Shown here: positions 23,256-34,031 of the stretch, in pieces
How the letters are laid out: every line of letters starts with the position of its first letter
How positions within the stretch are numbered: the stretch's first letter is position 1
Assembly (NCBI GenBank): GCA_963727895.1
Contig: CAVSHT010000004.1
Span: forward strand, 427,473-491,472
Direction: 5' to 3'
Length of the DNA stretch: 64,000 bases
From: an uncultured Methanosarcinaceae archaeon
Lineage (GTDB): Archaea; Halobacteriota; Methanosarcinia; Methanosarcinales; Methanosarcinaceae
Position numbers and translations under genes: made by a program
Notes under the pieces: generated by a model
Told to the model about the DNA's origin: nothing
Database searches by the model: none
Seen by the model: only the letters and a program-made list of their open reading frames with translations

Positions 23256-24808
23256 ATCCTGAGGATAAGATTGAGTATTTGAAATTAGAAGCTTCAAAGC
23301 ACAGGTTTGAAGGATACTTTAATCTTGCTCGGAAATTAAAAAACACTAAAATTGTTGAGAGGATTAGTGACGATATTCTCTTCCTGCTTACATATATGGC
23401 AGCAATCTCAACAGCAGATATTCAAAGAGACCGAATCTTTGATTATGCAGGATTACAAAAAGAGTACGAAGCTTCAAAATATTTTAAACAAATTCATATA
23501 CTGGCTTCAAAATGGGGATATGCATATGCAAAAGCCTGTAAATATATATCTCAGAGACTTAAGGATGAAAATCTGTCAAAATTCTTTGGGCGAATGTCAA
23601 ATATTCTTTCATCTGGAGAACCGGAAAAAAACTTTCTGAAACAGGAAAAACTAACAAGGGAAGAAATTTATTCTGACGAATATGAAAGAAGTATCGAATC
23701 TCTGAAAAAATGGACTGATGGGTAATACTGCCCTTATGGTATCCGTCACCCTTGTTGTTACGATAATTCTTGTTTCAGTTATGATCTACAATATAGAGAA
23801 TATAGAAACTATTGCTTCTCCTTATCTGTATTATTAACCGTTTTTATATGTGGGATTGCTCTTTTCATTATATACAAGGCAGCTCCTGCTAAAAAGAAAA
23901 TTCATACACTGAGCAGACGATCAAAAGAACAGAAAAAAATAAGGTTCTTGAGCCGAATTTTGCTTCCAATGGGTGCGATTTCAGTCACTGCTTTAATTCT
24001 GATGGGAGAAAAGCTACAGTTTATCTTGCTTGCAGTTACTCTCTTTACACTTCCAATCGGCTTCTTTGCTATGGTAGACGACAAAAATATTGATGAAAGA
24101 GACAATAGCTTTCCTGCATTTATAAAGACTCTGGGTACTCTTGCGGGTACAACAGGAATTACTGTCAGAAGTTCAATGGAAAATCTTGATATGGAGACTT
24201 TAGGCTGTCTCAGGCCTGGAGTTGAAGAACTACATGCAGGTCTTTCGATGGGATTTAAGTCGAAGCTTTGCTGGGAAAAATTTATCGGAGAAACAGGTTC
24301 TGAACTGATAAACAGGTGTTCAAGAATCTTTACAGACGCAGTAGAACTTGGAGGAGATCCTGCCGAAATAGAAGATATAGTCTCAGCTTCAAGCCTCGCA
24401 ATTGTTCTTCTCAGGATGAAACGAAAATTTGTCAGTTCCGGTTTTCGTGGCCTTGCCATAATTCTCCATGCTGTTATGATTGGGCTTCTGATATTTATCA
24501 TGGAAATAATTGCTAAATTTAGCGGGCTTGTTTCTGAAATGAGTGAATCTTATAATTCTACGCAGGGAGGCGCTTCAGGAATTGGAATGAGCATGTTCAA
24601 CGTTGCTGAAAGTGTACCCCTACTGTATAAATTTACCTTTTCAGTAATAATTATCCTCACAATTTGAAACACTCTCGTGGTAAAGATTGTAGAAGGTGGA
24701 GGAAATTGGAAACTTTTATTTTATGGAGGATTAACGTCAGGACTTTCTGCACTTTGCATAATACTTATACCACCCGTAGTGGCAAAAGTATTTACATTTC
24801 AAACTTGA
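23252..24808 (+). pseudogene. flaJ: FlaJ/ArlJ membrane platform protein, fragmented
   Basis: LTYMAAISTA..R..IF, YERSIESLKKWTD, ETGSELI, ELGGDP; stops at 23723 and 24665 plus indels. Confidence 0.85.
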
Positions 24809-24827
24809 AAAAAGTTAAACTGAAATA

Positions 24828-25643
24828 ATGAGTTATATTTCCTGTATATATAAGAACAGAAAAGGTTTGTGGGGCAGTAAGATGAATTTACTGAAAAATC
24901 TAAAGATTAATGGATCAAAAAATCTAGAAGGGATCGGATTAAAAAATCTGATAATTGATAGATTAAAGAATATGATACATAAACTACGACATTCTAAAGA
25001 TACGGACATTAAGAATTTGACAAAAAACAGAGATGAGATTCAAGAAAAGATAAAAAACTTGGTTAGAGAGAAAAAAGAAATTGAATCCAGGATTGTTCAG
25101 CTCCAGAATACAGAAGAAGAAAAAGCCGAAAAAATATCTGAGTCCAGGCTGCAAGAGAAAAAAAGAGAAGAGAGAACTGATAATTTAGAGGAATTGAAAA
25201 AAACAGGTGAGGAAGAAAAGAGAGAAAACATAGGGGCTATAGATAACATAGGGACAAAAGATGAAGTGATAGAGGCAAAACCTGATAGTAGAAATAATGC
25301 CGTAGAAAGCAGTGGAACAGTAGATCTTGATAACAGTGCCAGCAAAGTTGGAAAAGTTGTTATTTCTATAGAGGAAGAAAATACAAAAGATGAAGAAAAA
25401 ATAAAAATTGCGAACTCAATCTTACAGGAAAATAGAGAGAACAGTACACCTGAAAAGATTAAAACTGAAAATGAAAAATTTCAGTCTAACACATTTAGAA
25501 ATAGCCTTATTGAAGAGCTAATGGAAAGCGAGGATTTGTATCAGGAAGAAGAACCAAATTTTATGAAGTATATAGAAGAATCAAGCGTTACAGAGATAGT
25601 TGCAAATTTAAAAGAAGTTAAAAAACTCCTTGCCCAAACATAA
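24828..25643 (+). CDS. Hypothetical charged coiled-coil protein downstream of the fla cluster
   Basis: 271-aa E/K-rich ORF; start may be MNLLK at 24882. Confidence 0.6.
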   Translation: MSYISCIYKNRKGLWGSKMNLLKNLKINGSKNLEGIGLKNLIIDRLKNMIHKLRHSKDTDIKNLTKNRDEIQEKIKNLVREKKEIESRIVQLQNTEEEKAEKISESRLQEKKREERTDNLEELKKTGEEEKRENIGAIDNIGTKDEVIEAKPDSRNNAVESSGTVDLDNSASKVGKVVISIEEENTKDEEKIKIANSILQENRENSTPEKIKTENEKFQSNTFRNSLIEELMESEDLYQEEEPNFMKYIEESSVTEIVANLKEVKKLLAQT

Positions 25644-25687
25644 CTTTAGAAATGTAATTCACAAACAAATAACTTTAGAAAAATAGC

Positions 25688-25760
25688 TCACAAAAAGAAA
25701 ATGTAATGATTGTAAAAATCCAACTCACAAAAAAGAAAAAGTAATGATTGTAAAATCCAA
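25688..25760. repeat. Imperfect ~37-bp tandem duplication
   Basis: CTCACAAAAAGAAAATGTAATGATTGTAAAAATCCAA occurs twice with A-run variation. Confidence 0.7.
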
Positions 25761-25798
25761 AGTAGAAATAGAAAAAATCAGGTTTTAAGTTTTAGCTT

Positions 25799-26014
25799 TC
25801 ACTTATGGAAAAGTCCTTCTTTTGCCTTAGAAAGATACTCATTTGATTCCTCTACTTTACTGGCAGCTTCTAAGATATCCTCTGCAGCTTCAAGAAAACC
25901 ATCTTTTTTGGCTTTTTCAGCCCATTCCTTGAAACTCTTTATGTGACTGTCGTTGTGCTCGATCCAGTGCTCAATCAAATGTGAAAGGTTTTCGTGACTG
26001 AGTTCTTCAGTAAT
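25799..26014 (-). CDS. Small His-motif helical protein (HWIEHN..H), 71 aa, ATT at the start position
   Basis: GGAGG RBS then ATT-ACT-GAA; reads TEELSHENLSHLIEHWIEHNDSHIKSFKEWAEKAKKDG..GLFHK*; absent from the ORF track. Confidence 0.7.
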   Translation of the reverse strand: MTEELSHENLSHLIEHWIEHNDSHIKSFKEWAEKAKKDGFLEAAEDILEAASKVEESNEYLSKAKEGLFHK

Positions 26015-26260
26015 AATTGTCCCTCCTATTCAAATATATGAGATTCATTGTATAAATGACCGCTGGCTATAATTAAAACTTTTGTAAGGATACAAGAAAA
26101 ATATAGAAAATACAGAAAAAGGAGAATATATTGAAAGCCTGGAGAATAATAAAAGTTAAATGAACAGATCAATTTGAAATTTAGAGGGAAAAAGACCAGT
26201 TTTCAAACGATGTTGCCCAAATGCTAACATTAAAAACTAATCGGCTTTCAGTTCTCAGCT

Positions 26261-27502
26261 TCAAATTGTCCTTGGATCAGTGATTTCACCTGACAGTGCC
26301 GAAGCTGCTGCGGTTGCAGGAGATGCAAGGTAGATAAAACCACCTTTTCCCATTCTGCCCTTAAAGTTTCGGTTTGCAGTTGAAACACAAACTTCTCCTT
26401 CCCCAATCACTCCCTGATGGGCTCCAAGGCAAGGGCCGCAGCCAGGAGTTGCAAGAGTTACGCCTGCTTTGAGCAAAGTTTCCATTGTTCCATTCTCAAT
26501 TGCTGAAAGAAGAGTCGTGCGAGATGCTGGAATTACGATAGTCCTGACAGAAACTTTTTTTCCTTTAAGAATTGATGCTGCAACCTCAAGGTCTTCAAGT
26601 CTTCCATTCGTACATGTCCCTATAAAAACCTGGTCTACGGGAGTACCTGCAACCTCTCCTACAGGTTTTACGTTGTCTACCTGATGCGGACAGGCTACCT
26701 GAGGTTCGATATCGTCGGCTGAATAAGTTAATTCTTTTGCATAGACTGCATCTTTATCGGCATAAACCGACTCATAAGGAGCAGCTGCCCTATTCTTCAG
26801 AAAATCAAAGGTCTTTTCGTCCGGTGGGACAATTCCGGTTTTTGCTCCCATTTCTATTGCCATATTGCAGAGAGTCATTCTGCCTGAAACCGATAGTTCG
26901 GAGATAGCCTGTCCATAAAATTCTACAGCTTTATAAGTGGCACCGTCAATTCCAGTCTTCCCGATCAGGTAAAGAGTAAGGTCTTTTGCATAAACCCCAT
27001 TCCCAAGACTTCCTTCAACAGTGAACCTTAAACTCTCAGGAACCTTAAACCAGAGCTTACCTGTAGCAAAAATCTCAGCCATGTCCGTAGCTCCTACGCC
27101 TGTGGCAAAAGCTCCAAAAGCCCCATAGGTGCAGGAATGTGAATCTGCTCCCACAACCAATTTTCCAGGTAAAGCAAATCCATTTTCAGGAAGTACCTGG
27201 TGACAGATTCCTTCTCCAAGCTCATAAAAGTTAGGAATCCCCTGCTCCTTTACCCATTCCCTTATTTCTTTTTGCAAGGTAGCTGAAGTCTCATTATTTG
27301 CAGGTGCGATGTGGTCAAACGGGATTATGATCCTTGAAGGGTCCCAGACTTTTTTCATCTCCATTTCTTCAAAAGCATTAACTGTAAGTACTGAGGTACC
27401 GTCATGTGCCATTGCATAATCAATATCTGCCAGGACAAAATCATTTGCCTTCGCATCTGCTCCCGCTGCTCGAGATAAAATCTTTTCGCTAATTGTTCCC
27501 AA
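26261..27502 (-). CDS. 3-isopropylmalate dehydratase/homoaconitase large subunit (LeuC/HacA family)
   Basis: [40 protein letters not shown]. Confidence 0.92.
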   Translation of the reverse strand: MGTISEKILSRAAGADAKANDFVLADIDYAMAHDGTSVLTVNAFEEMEMKKVWDPSRIIIPFDHIAPANNETSATLQKEIREWVKEQGIPNFYELGEGICHQVLPENGFALPGKLVVGADSHSCTYGAFGAFATGVGATDMAEIFATGKLWFKVPESLRFTVEGSLGNGVYAKDLTLYLIGKTGIDGATYKAVEFYGQAISELSVSGRMTLCNMAIEMGAKTGIVPPDEKTFDFLKNRAAAPYESVYADKDAVYAKELTYSADDIEPQVACPHQVDNVKPVGEVAGTPVDQVFIGTCTNGRLEDLEVAASILKGKKVSVRTIVIPASRTTLLSAIENGTMETLLKAGVTLATPGCGPCLGAHQGVIGEGEVCVSTANRNFKGRMGKGGFIYLASPATAAASALSGEITDPRTI

Positions 27503-27734
27503 AAGTAAGTCTCCTGTCTAATAATCAATAATAATGAAGTATGAGAAATTCAGATTTCGGAATTCAATATTAAATTGTTGCATATGTATGACAATATTAA
27601 AGAATTAGGAATCCGAATATACAAATCGAAATTATACTAACAAAAAAACCTATATTTATTTTCTCCATTTTTTTAGATAATTCATTTAAGTTTCTTTCAG
27701 AAAATTCACATTTTTGAACTGAGCGAATATTATG

Positions 27735-27840
27735 TCGTATTAAGTATTCATTTTAAATCCATCGTATTAAGTACTTATTTTAACCCATCATCTCAGATAT
27801 TCATTTTGAATTTATTGTATCAAATATTCACTCTTAACCT
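27735..27840. repeat. Four degenerate 26-27-bp tandem units
   Basis: TCGTATTAAGTATTCATTTTAAATCCA and three diverged copies. Confidence 0.6.
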
Positions 27841-27906
27841 TTTGAAACTGATTAGATAGATCTTTTACAAAGCGAAATAAACACTACATTTTATATAATT
27901 ATATAT

Positions 27907-28036
27907 GAGCTCATCCCAAAAGTAGTTTTTATTCAACATCTCCAATAATTTCAAAACCATTTTCCGCATCATAAGGTTTATTGATTATTTCAAATTCCAG
28001 ATATGGTGACATAACTCTAAGTTTTGGGATAGGCTC
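27907..28036. mobile_element. MITE-like element
   Basis: Terminal IRs GAGCTCATCCCAAAA / TTTTGGGATAGGCTC (13 of 15 match); 130 bp, no ORF, TA-rich flanks. Confidence 0.55.
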
Positions 28037-28041
28037 TATAA

Positions 28042-29931
28042 TTAATCGTAGCGATGAGACAATGCATGACCGTCATTTTCTACCACAGTGAACCTAATAA
28101 TGAATTTTGTCCCATTGTCTTTTTTCAGCTCAAGTTCTCCATCTAACTGGTCGACAAGAAAAGTTACAAGCTGAAGTCCAAGACTATCAAGTTCTTTGAG
28201 ATCAAGGTCTTTAGAAATTCCCACACCATTATCGGAAATGGTCAATGAATAATGCGTATATTTATAGTCTTCACTTTTTCTTTTATCAATACTGTTTTTA
28301 TATTTTACATTTTCATCTTTATGGAGCTTGATTTGGATTTCTCCGTCATCAGTATCTGGAAACGCATATTTAAAAGAATTGGAAACGAGCTCATTTATAA
28401 TAATTCCTAAAGGAACTGCTATGTCCATATCGAGTAATATATTTTCTTCCAGATCCATATTTAACCTGACATTAGCATTACCGACCTTGTAAGTCAAGAA
28501 AAGAGCATTAGCAAGTTCCTTAATATACAGCGAAAAATTAATTTTATCGAACTTTTTGCCTTTATATAATTCCTCATGAATAAGAGCCATTGATATTACG
28601 CGGTCCTGACTTTCTCTGAAGGCTTCCAGGACTTCCGATTCATTGATATTTTTTCTGTTTCTGAACTTTTCAGCTTGAAGGTCTAATAGTGATGAGATTA
28701 CCTGAAGATTATTCTTTATTCTATGATGAAGTTCCTTTTTACGAACAGTTTCAATATTAATAAGAGCTTCTTCAGCCTCTTTTCGCGGGGTTATGTCACT
28801 ATGAAGATTCAGAGTTCCCAAAAAATTACCATCCTTATCAAAAAGAGATTTGGAATTTGTATGCGTCCATAGAGGAGACCCATCTTTACGTATAAATTTA
28901 AGTTCAAGGCTTTCATTAATATTTTTTCCCTTTTTGCTAAAAATAGATTTAATAATAGCTTTACTTTCCTCACTGAGAAAATCCCACATTGGTCTTCCAA
29001 GTAGTTCTTCTGAACTGTAACCAAACATATCTTCAATCTGATTATTAAAGAAAGTAATTCTTTCTTCAGCATCAATTATGCTTATACCTTCGTTTGCGGT
29101 CTCTACAATGTTTCGGTACCTTTCTTCACTTTCTTGAAGTCTTTCCTCTGCCTTTTTTTGGTCGGTAACATCAATGTCCATCTCGAGAATCATGGAGGAA
29201 CCGTCAACATCAGTAAACGGTAAATTATAGGCATCATAAACGCTTCCGTCCGGACCGCTTACTTCCCAGTGATGAGGTTGACCGGTTTCAAGTACTTTAT
29301 GTGATTCGCAGAATTCACACGGCTGGGTAAATCCAAAATAATATTCATAACAATGACGACCACCAGGATCTCCAAATTTTTTACGGAATCTACGGTTGGC
29401 AAAGGCGATATGATAGTCAGGTGTTAATAGAATTATCATTGCCGGGAGCGTATCCATAACATTATATAGACGTTGACGTTCATTTATTGTTTCCTGGTTA
29501 CGTTTCTCCAATTCATTACTCGTTCTTTTAAGCTCTTCTTCAGCCTTTTTGCGCTTATTAATCACAATCGCCTTATAGTTACTTATATCAAATCCATAAA
29601 TATCGACGCATCCTTCGTCCAGTAAAGGATAAAAAGTTATCAGATATACCTTATTTCCAACTCCAATTTCTTTTTTTTCAGGAATATTTCGATAAATTGT
29701 TTTTGACACTAAATCCTGGATAGAAGAAGGAAATTTTTCCCCTACTCTCGTGCCCCACTCCTGCAATAAAGGTTCACCTGCCTCGTTTGAGTAAAGAACA
29801 GTACTTTCCTTATCGGCACTAAGTACAGGATTCGGATTATTTACTAGAAATTTTTCAATTTCTGATTTCATGCTCCCCTTCATACTCCACTTTGTGACAG
29901 CAATATGATTACTGTCTAGATTCATTAACAT
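28042..29931 (-). CDS. PAS-domain sensor histidine kinase (HisKA_2 type)
   Basis: PAS repeats, ELHHRIKNNLQVISSLL, NELVSNSFKYAF, SDNGVG, SLGLQLV; true start probably ~29871. Confidence 0.92.
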   Translation of the reverse strand: MLMNLDSNHIAVTKWSMKGSMKSEIEKFLVNNPNPVLSADKESTVLYSNEAGEPLLQEWGTRVGEKFPSSIQDLVSKTIYRNIPEKKEIGVGNKVYLITFYPLLDEGCVDIYGFDISNYKAIVINKRKKAEEELKRTSNELEKRNQETINERQRLYNVMDTLPAMIILLTPDYHIAFANRRFRKKFGDPGGRHCYEYYFGFTQPCEFCESHKVLETGQPHHWEVSGPDGSVYDAYNLPFTDVDGSSMILEMDIDVTDQKKAEERLQESEERYRNIVETANEGISIIDAEERITFFNNQIEDMFGYSSEELLGRPMWDFLSEESKAIIKSIFSKKGKNINESLELKFIRKDGSPLWTHTNSKSLFDKDGNFLGTLNLHSDITPRKEAEEALINIETVRKKELHHRIKNNLQVISSLLDLQAEKFRNRKNINESEVLEAFRESQDRVISMALIHEELYKGKKFDKINFSLYIKELANALFLTYKVGNANVRLNMDLEENILLDMDIAVPLGIIINELVSNSFKYAFPDTDDGEIQIKLHKDENVKYKNSIDKRKSEDYKYTHYSLTISDNGVGISKDLDLKELDSLGLQLVTFLVDQLDGELELKKDNGTKFIIRFTVVENDGHALSHRYD

Positions 29932-30183
29932 TAAGTGTTTGCTACAACTATATAAATATATAATATTGTTTAGATATAATCCATTTAACTTGACTTTGCA
30001 TCCAGATAATGTTTATAAAAATAACTCTTTAAAATGTGATTATTTAAAATATTATTTTTTTGTCTGTGAGATAATGAAAAGGTAGTAAAAGCAACTTTCA
30101 TAAATTAAGAATTATTAAATCCAAATTTTGTTACTCATTTAATATGTAATAAAAAACAGAGGAAAGTAATAAGATATAAGTCT

Positions 30184-30675
30184 TTATGTATATTCGTTGT
30201 AAGCTACTATTTCTTCAAGAGATTTCCTTGATCTGGCAGCGGGAGATTCAGCTGGAATTCCGACAGTAAGTAAAGCGACCACTTTTTTGTCCTGCGAAAT
30301 CTTGAGCAGTTTTTTGACATCATCTTCGTTGAAAGCACCAATCCAGCAGGTGCCCAGTCCTAGCTCAACAGCTTCCAGAACGATATGTTCAAGAGCAATA
30401 GAAAGGTCGACCTGATGCCATTTTTGGGCAGGATCTCCAATGCCTGCGATGACGTGAGAGGCCGTGCCTACGAATGCCTGATTATTGCAAGCAGTAACAA
30501 GCTGTTTTTTTACTTCTTCATCTTCAACAACAATGAATTTCCAGTTCTGCCTGTTTGCTGCCGATGGTGCAAGCCTTGCAACCTCCAGTAATTTCTCTAG
30601 CTTGTCCTTTGATATGCGTTCGTCTTTGTAAGCCCTTATGCTTCTTCTGTCTTTGATTATATCAAATACACCCAT
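30184..30675 (-). CDS. Nitroreductase family protein
   Basis: RRSIRAY, APSAANRQNW, LGLGTCWIGAF, RSRK. Confidence 0.9.
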   Translation of the reverse strand: MGVFDIIKDRRSIRAYKDERISKDKLEKLLEVARLAPSAANRQNWKFIVVEDEEVKKQLVTACNNQAFVGTASHVIAGIGDPAQKWHQVDLSIALEHIVLEAVELGLGTCWIGAFNEDDVKKLLKISQDKKVVALLTVGIPAESPAARSRKSLEEIVAYNEYT

Positions 30676-31125
30676 ATTAGATTCACCTGCGATTATAAGA
30701 GAATTAGCTATTTCTAGAATATCACTTAATCCTATAGAAATATAATACTATAGATATCTGCAATATACGATTTGCGAATTCTCTGAAAATATCAATGGAA
30801 TAGTAAATGGAAATATTGTTCCAAGTGTTATAGAAACATGATCTGTTCCCAACATACAAAAAATATATGCACCCCCCTACTTAAATTTAGTTAGATTGTA
30901 TTTAGAAAACTCTCAAATGAATATTCTGAGATAAAAAAATCCTCAGTGAATTCAGAATGAAATTTTCATTCTTCAAGCGAAGTTTTAAGCCTACTCACGA
31001 CTCATATTTACTGCAGTTTAAAGATGTGATTAAGCTCTATTCCTAGCAGTACTTTAGGATCAAGCAGCTTGATCATTCAAGATTACAAGGAAAGAGAGAG
31101 AAATAAGTGGTAGAAGGGATTTGAT

Positions 31126-31545
31126 ATGACATCAAAATTGATGGACTACTTTAACAAGCAACCGAGAATTGGAGTTCTCAGCACATCGAGTAAAGACGGA
31201 AAAGTAGATTCGGCTGTTTTCGGCTCACCTCAGATGACCGATGAAAAGACCGTTGTAGTTGCAACAGGTAAGAACCGTACATTCTCAAATCTTCAGGAAA
31301 ACCCTTATGCAATGTTCCTGATTATGGAACCAGGAGCAGATATTATGGCATGGAAAGGGATCAGGGTTTATCTAAAACTGAAAGAACTTGCAACTTCCGG
31401 AGAGATGCTTGATATGATCAAAAGTCAGATCGCAAAAATGGCCGGTGAGGAAGCGGTAAAGATGATATATGCAACTGCCACCTTCGAGATTATTGAGCTG
31501 AGACCTCTCGTTGATATGGGACAGGACTGGGAGAAATCGATATAA
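31126..31545 (+). CDS. Pyridoxamine 5'-phosphate oxidase-like FMN-binding protein
   Basis: GVLSTSSKDGKVD.A, RTFSNLQENPYA, GIRVYL. Confidence 0.8.
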   Translation: MTSKLMDYFNKQPRIGVLSTSSKDGKVDSAVFGSPQMTDEKTVVVATGKNRTFSNLQENPYAMFLIMEPGADIMAWKGIRVYLKLKELATSGEMLDMIKSQIAKMAGEEAVKMIYATATFEIIELRPLVDMGQDWEKSI

Positions 31546-31597
31546 GTGTTAAAAGTTTAAATTTTTAAAGTTATGGGAAAATTAAAATAAAAAATCA

Positions 31598-32336
31598 GGA
31601 ATTGATACTTAAACATAGTTATATATTATTAGAAAGTATATTTCTGCATGAACTGTCCAAAATGTAATAGTTCCAGTCACAAAAAGAATGGTATAGTTGG
31701 CGGACGTCAACGGTACAAATGCTCTGATTGTGGCTATAACTATACAGTAGAGCTAAAATCAACTGCTTTTTCCGCTTCTGTAAAAAGACAGGCTTTACAA
31801 CTCTATCTTGAAGGATTAGGCTTTCGCTCAATAGGAAGATTTTAGGGGTGAGTCATGTTTCTGTCCAAAAACGGATCAAGAAATTTGGTCAAGAGTGAGA
31901 GAATCTAAAAAGTGAAAGTGAGATATCTATTGTTGAAATGGATGAGATGCACACTTACATCGGTAACAAAAAAAATATTGCTGGATCTGGATTGCTGTTG
32001 ATAGAGTTGGGAAAAAGTTCATCAACTGCTCTTTTGGTAGCAGAGGAACGGAAACTGGAAAACTACTCTGAAAAAAATTGAAGAAAAAAGAGATTGGAGA
32101 AGTGATGACCGATCACTGGAGGGCATATGCAGAGTTTATTTCAGAAAAGATCCATACTCAATCCAAAGCAGAAACGTATACTGTTGAAGGATATAACAGC
32201 ATATTGAGGCACTTTTTGGCAAGGTTGAGAAGAAAGACAAAGTGTTATAAAAAAAGTCTTGAAATGCTAAAGTACTCGGTTATTCTATTGATGAAATACA
32301 GAAATAAAGAACTAGATATATTTAAGTAACAATACC
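31598..32336 (+). mobile_element. IS1-family element, inactivated
   Basis: IRs present; 8-bp target duplication AAAAATCA (31590-31597 and 32337-32344); frameshift and stops. Confidence 0.93.
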
Positions 32337-32422
32337 AAAAATCAAAATAGAAAATTAGAATTAAAAAGATCAAAATAAAGAAGAAAACCGGCTAAAACTA
32401 TAGAATGGGATAAACTCAGATT

Positions 32423-33382
32423 TCATATTATCCCATTCTTTTCCAGAAACCCTTCAAGTGGCACCGAGTGGGTCTGGAAGCCGCAGACTTTGTAGGGATC
32501 AGCGCCCATTGAAAGGGCTACGAACTGGGCAATATTCATGTGCACCATATCATATTTTACACCAAAATCTTTTTCGATAACCGGCTGGTAGCGATCATAC
32601 TGGATCTGGCAGTTCGGGCACATATGGAGCATAAGTTTCACACCTGCTCTTTGAAGGCTGTCGAGTTTAGTCTTAGTCACCTGAAATGAGGTATCTTTGT
32701 TAAGATGAAGCTGGGAAAAACCCATTCCACATGTAAGAGTTCGGTCCTCGTACCAGCGAACAGGATCAGCTCCGCAGGCTGCAGCTATATTATCTATTAA
32801 CTGGGGATTTTCAGGGTTTCCGAGGACATCGAGATACTTAGCCTTATAGTAATGGCAGGCGTGATGAGATGCCGTCTTGATTCCTGAAAAATCGAATTTT
32901 TTCAGTTCCTGAATCTTATCGACCTTGCTTAAGAGAATCTCTACCGCATGATAGAAGTTTGTTCTCGGATTCATATCATCTTTTTCGTAAACAAGGTTAT
33001 CAAAGCCCTTTTCCCGAAAGATGGAATTGACTTTTTCCCGAACCTCGATATTGTTATTAAGGACATCACAGGCTTCTTTATTTATAGCATAACAGGTTGA
33101 GCAGAGGCAGGTTATATTGGGATAGCCGCATCTTTTTGCAATTGCAAAATTCCGAGCTGCAATAGCTGCGGTTGTCAGTCCTTCAAAGATATCAGTATAA
33201 TGTCCTATTCCTGTACAGCAGGACTGCTCATCGTTTATATAGTAGTCAATTCCAAGCCTGTCATAGACATAACAAGTGGAGGTTTCCACTCCAGGGTACT
33301 CCTGTCCAACCATGCAACTTTTAAATAATAAAAGCTGGCTGTCTGGAATATCTTCTATCGCTTTCAAAGCCGAACTCTCCAC
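32423..33382 (-). CDS. hdrB: Heterodisulfide reductase subunit B (HdrB1-type)
   Basis: CCG domains FKSC, SCCTG, CSTC, HACH, TCGMG, CPNC. Confidence 0.92.
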   Translation of the reverse strand: MESSALKAIEDIPDSQLLLFKSCMVGQEYPGVETSTCYVYDRLGIDYYINDEQSCCTGIGHYTDIFEGLTTAAIAARNFAIAKRCGYPNITCLCSTCYAINKEACDVLNNNIEVREKVNSIFREKGFDNLVYEKDDMNPRTNFYHAVEILLSKVDKIQELKKFDFSGIKTASHHACHYYKAKYLDVLGNPENPQLIDNIAAACGADPVRWYEDRTLTCGMGFSQLHLNKDTSFQVTKTKLDSLQRAGVKLMLHMCPNCQIQYDRYQPVIEKDFGVKYDMVHMNIAQFVALSMGADPYKVCGFQTHSVPLEGFLEKNGII

Positions 33383-34031
33383 TCTTATTTTCTTTCTTTA
33401 TGCACTGGTTTTCCAGGAGCTGATGCAGAAGTTTTTCCTGTATTCTTGCCTTGAGCCATTTTTCTCTTTCAAAATAACCTGTGGCTTCAAGTATGGTCTG
33501 AACCTCTCCGTGTGTGTTTCTGATATCTTTGAAGCTCAGCCCCAGTTCATTACGAATTGACTCAAGGTTCTTTTTAAAATTGATCCAGCGATCTCCGAGG
33601 TCTCGTTCCATATTTTTAGCTCCAGGACCAGATATCTTGCTGGCTCCGTTTTCTGCAAGATATTCTCCGATCTCAAGGAAATAAGCAAGCTTTTCAACCC
33701 CTATGCCTTCATTAACTGCCATCTGTCTAAGTACCTGTACAATTGTCACAGGGCTATTATTCCTAGGACAACGAACATTGCAAGAATAGCAGTAGAAGCA
33801 GGACCAAATCATCTCAGACTCAAGTACACTGCGGTCATTTTCGAGCACTTTTTTCACAATCTGACGAGGGCTGTAATCTGTAAAGCGAGCTGCTGGACAG
33901 GAAGCCGTACAGGCTCCGCACTGAATGCAGCGGTCAAGCCCCAGAGAGGCAGGTGTCCGCATACTTTTCTTTGCGGTTTCTGCAAGGGTTTTACATTCCG
34001 GGGTATCGTATTCGTTTACATATGGAATCAT
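33321..34031 (-). CDS. hdrC: Heterodisulfide reductase subunit C (HdrC1-type)
   Basis: CIQCGACTASCP and CFYCYSCNVRCP. Confidence 0.92.
   Translation of the reverse strand: MIPYVNEYDTPECKTLAETAKKSMRTPASLGLDRCIQCGACTASCPAARFTDYSPRQIVKKVLENDRSVLESEMIWSCFYCYSCNVRCPRNNSPVTIVQVLRQMAVNEGIGVEKLAYFLEIGEYLAENGASKISGPGAKNMERDLGDRWINFKKNLESIRNELGLSFKDIRNTHGEVQTILEATGYFEREKWLKARIQEKLLHQLLENQCIKKENKSGEFGFESDRRYSRQPAFII

Noticed and set aside
27735..27840. CRISPR array
   Set aside because: Units are adjacent and degenerate with no spacers; no cas genes or repeat-spacer array anywhere in the window
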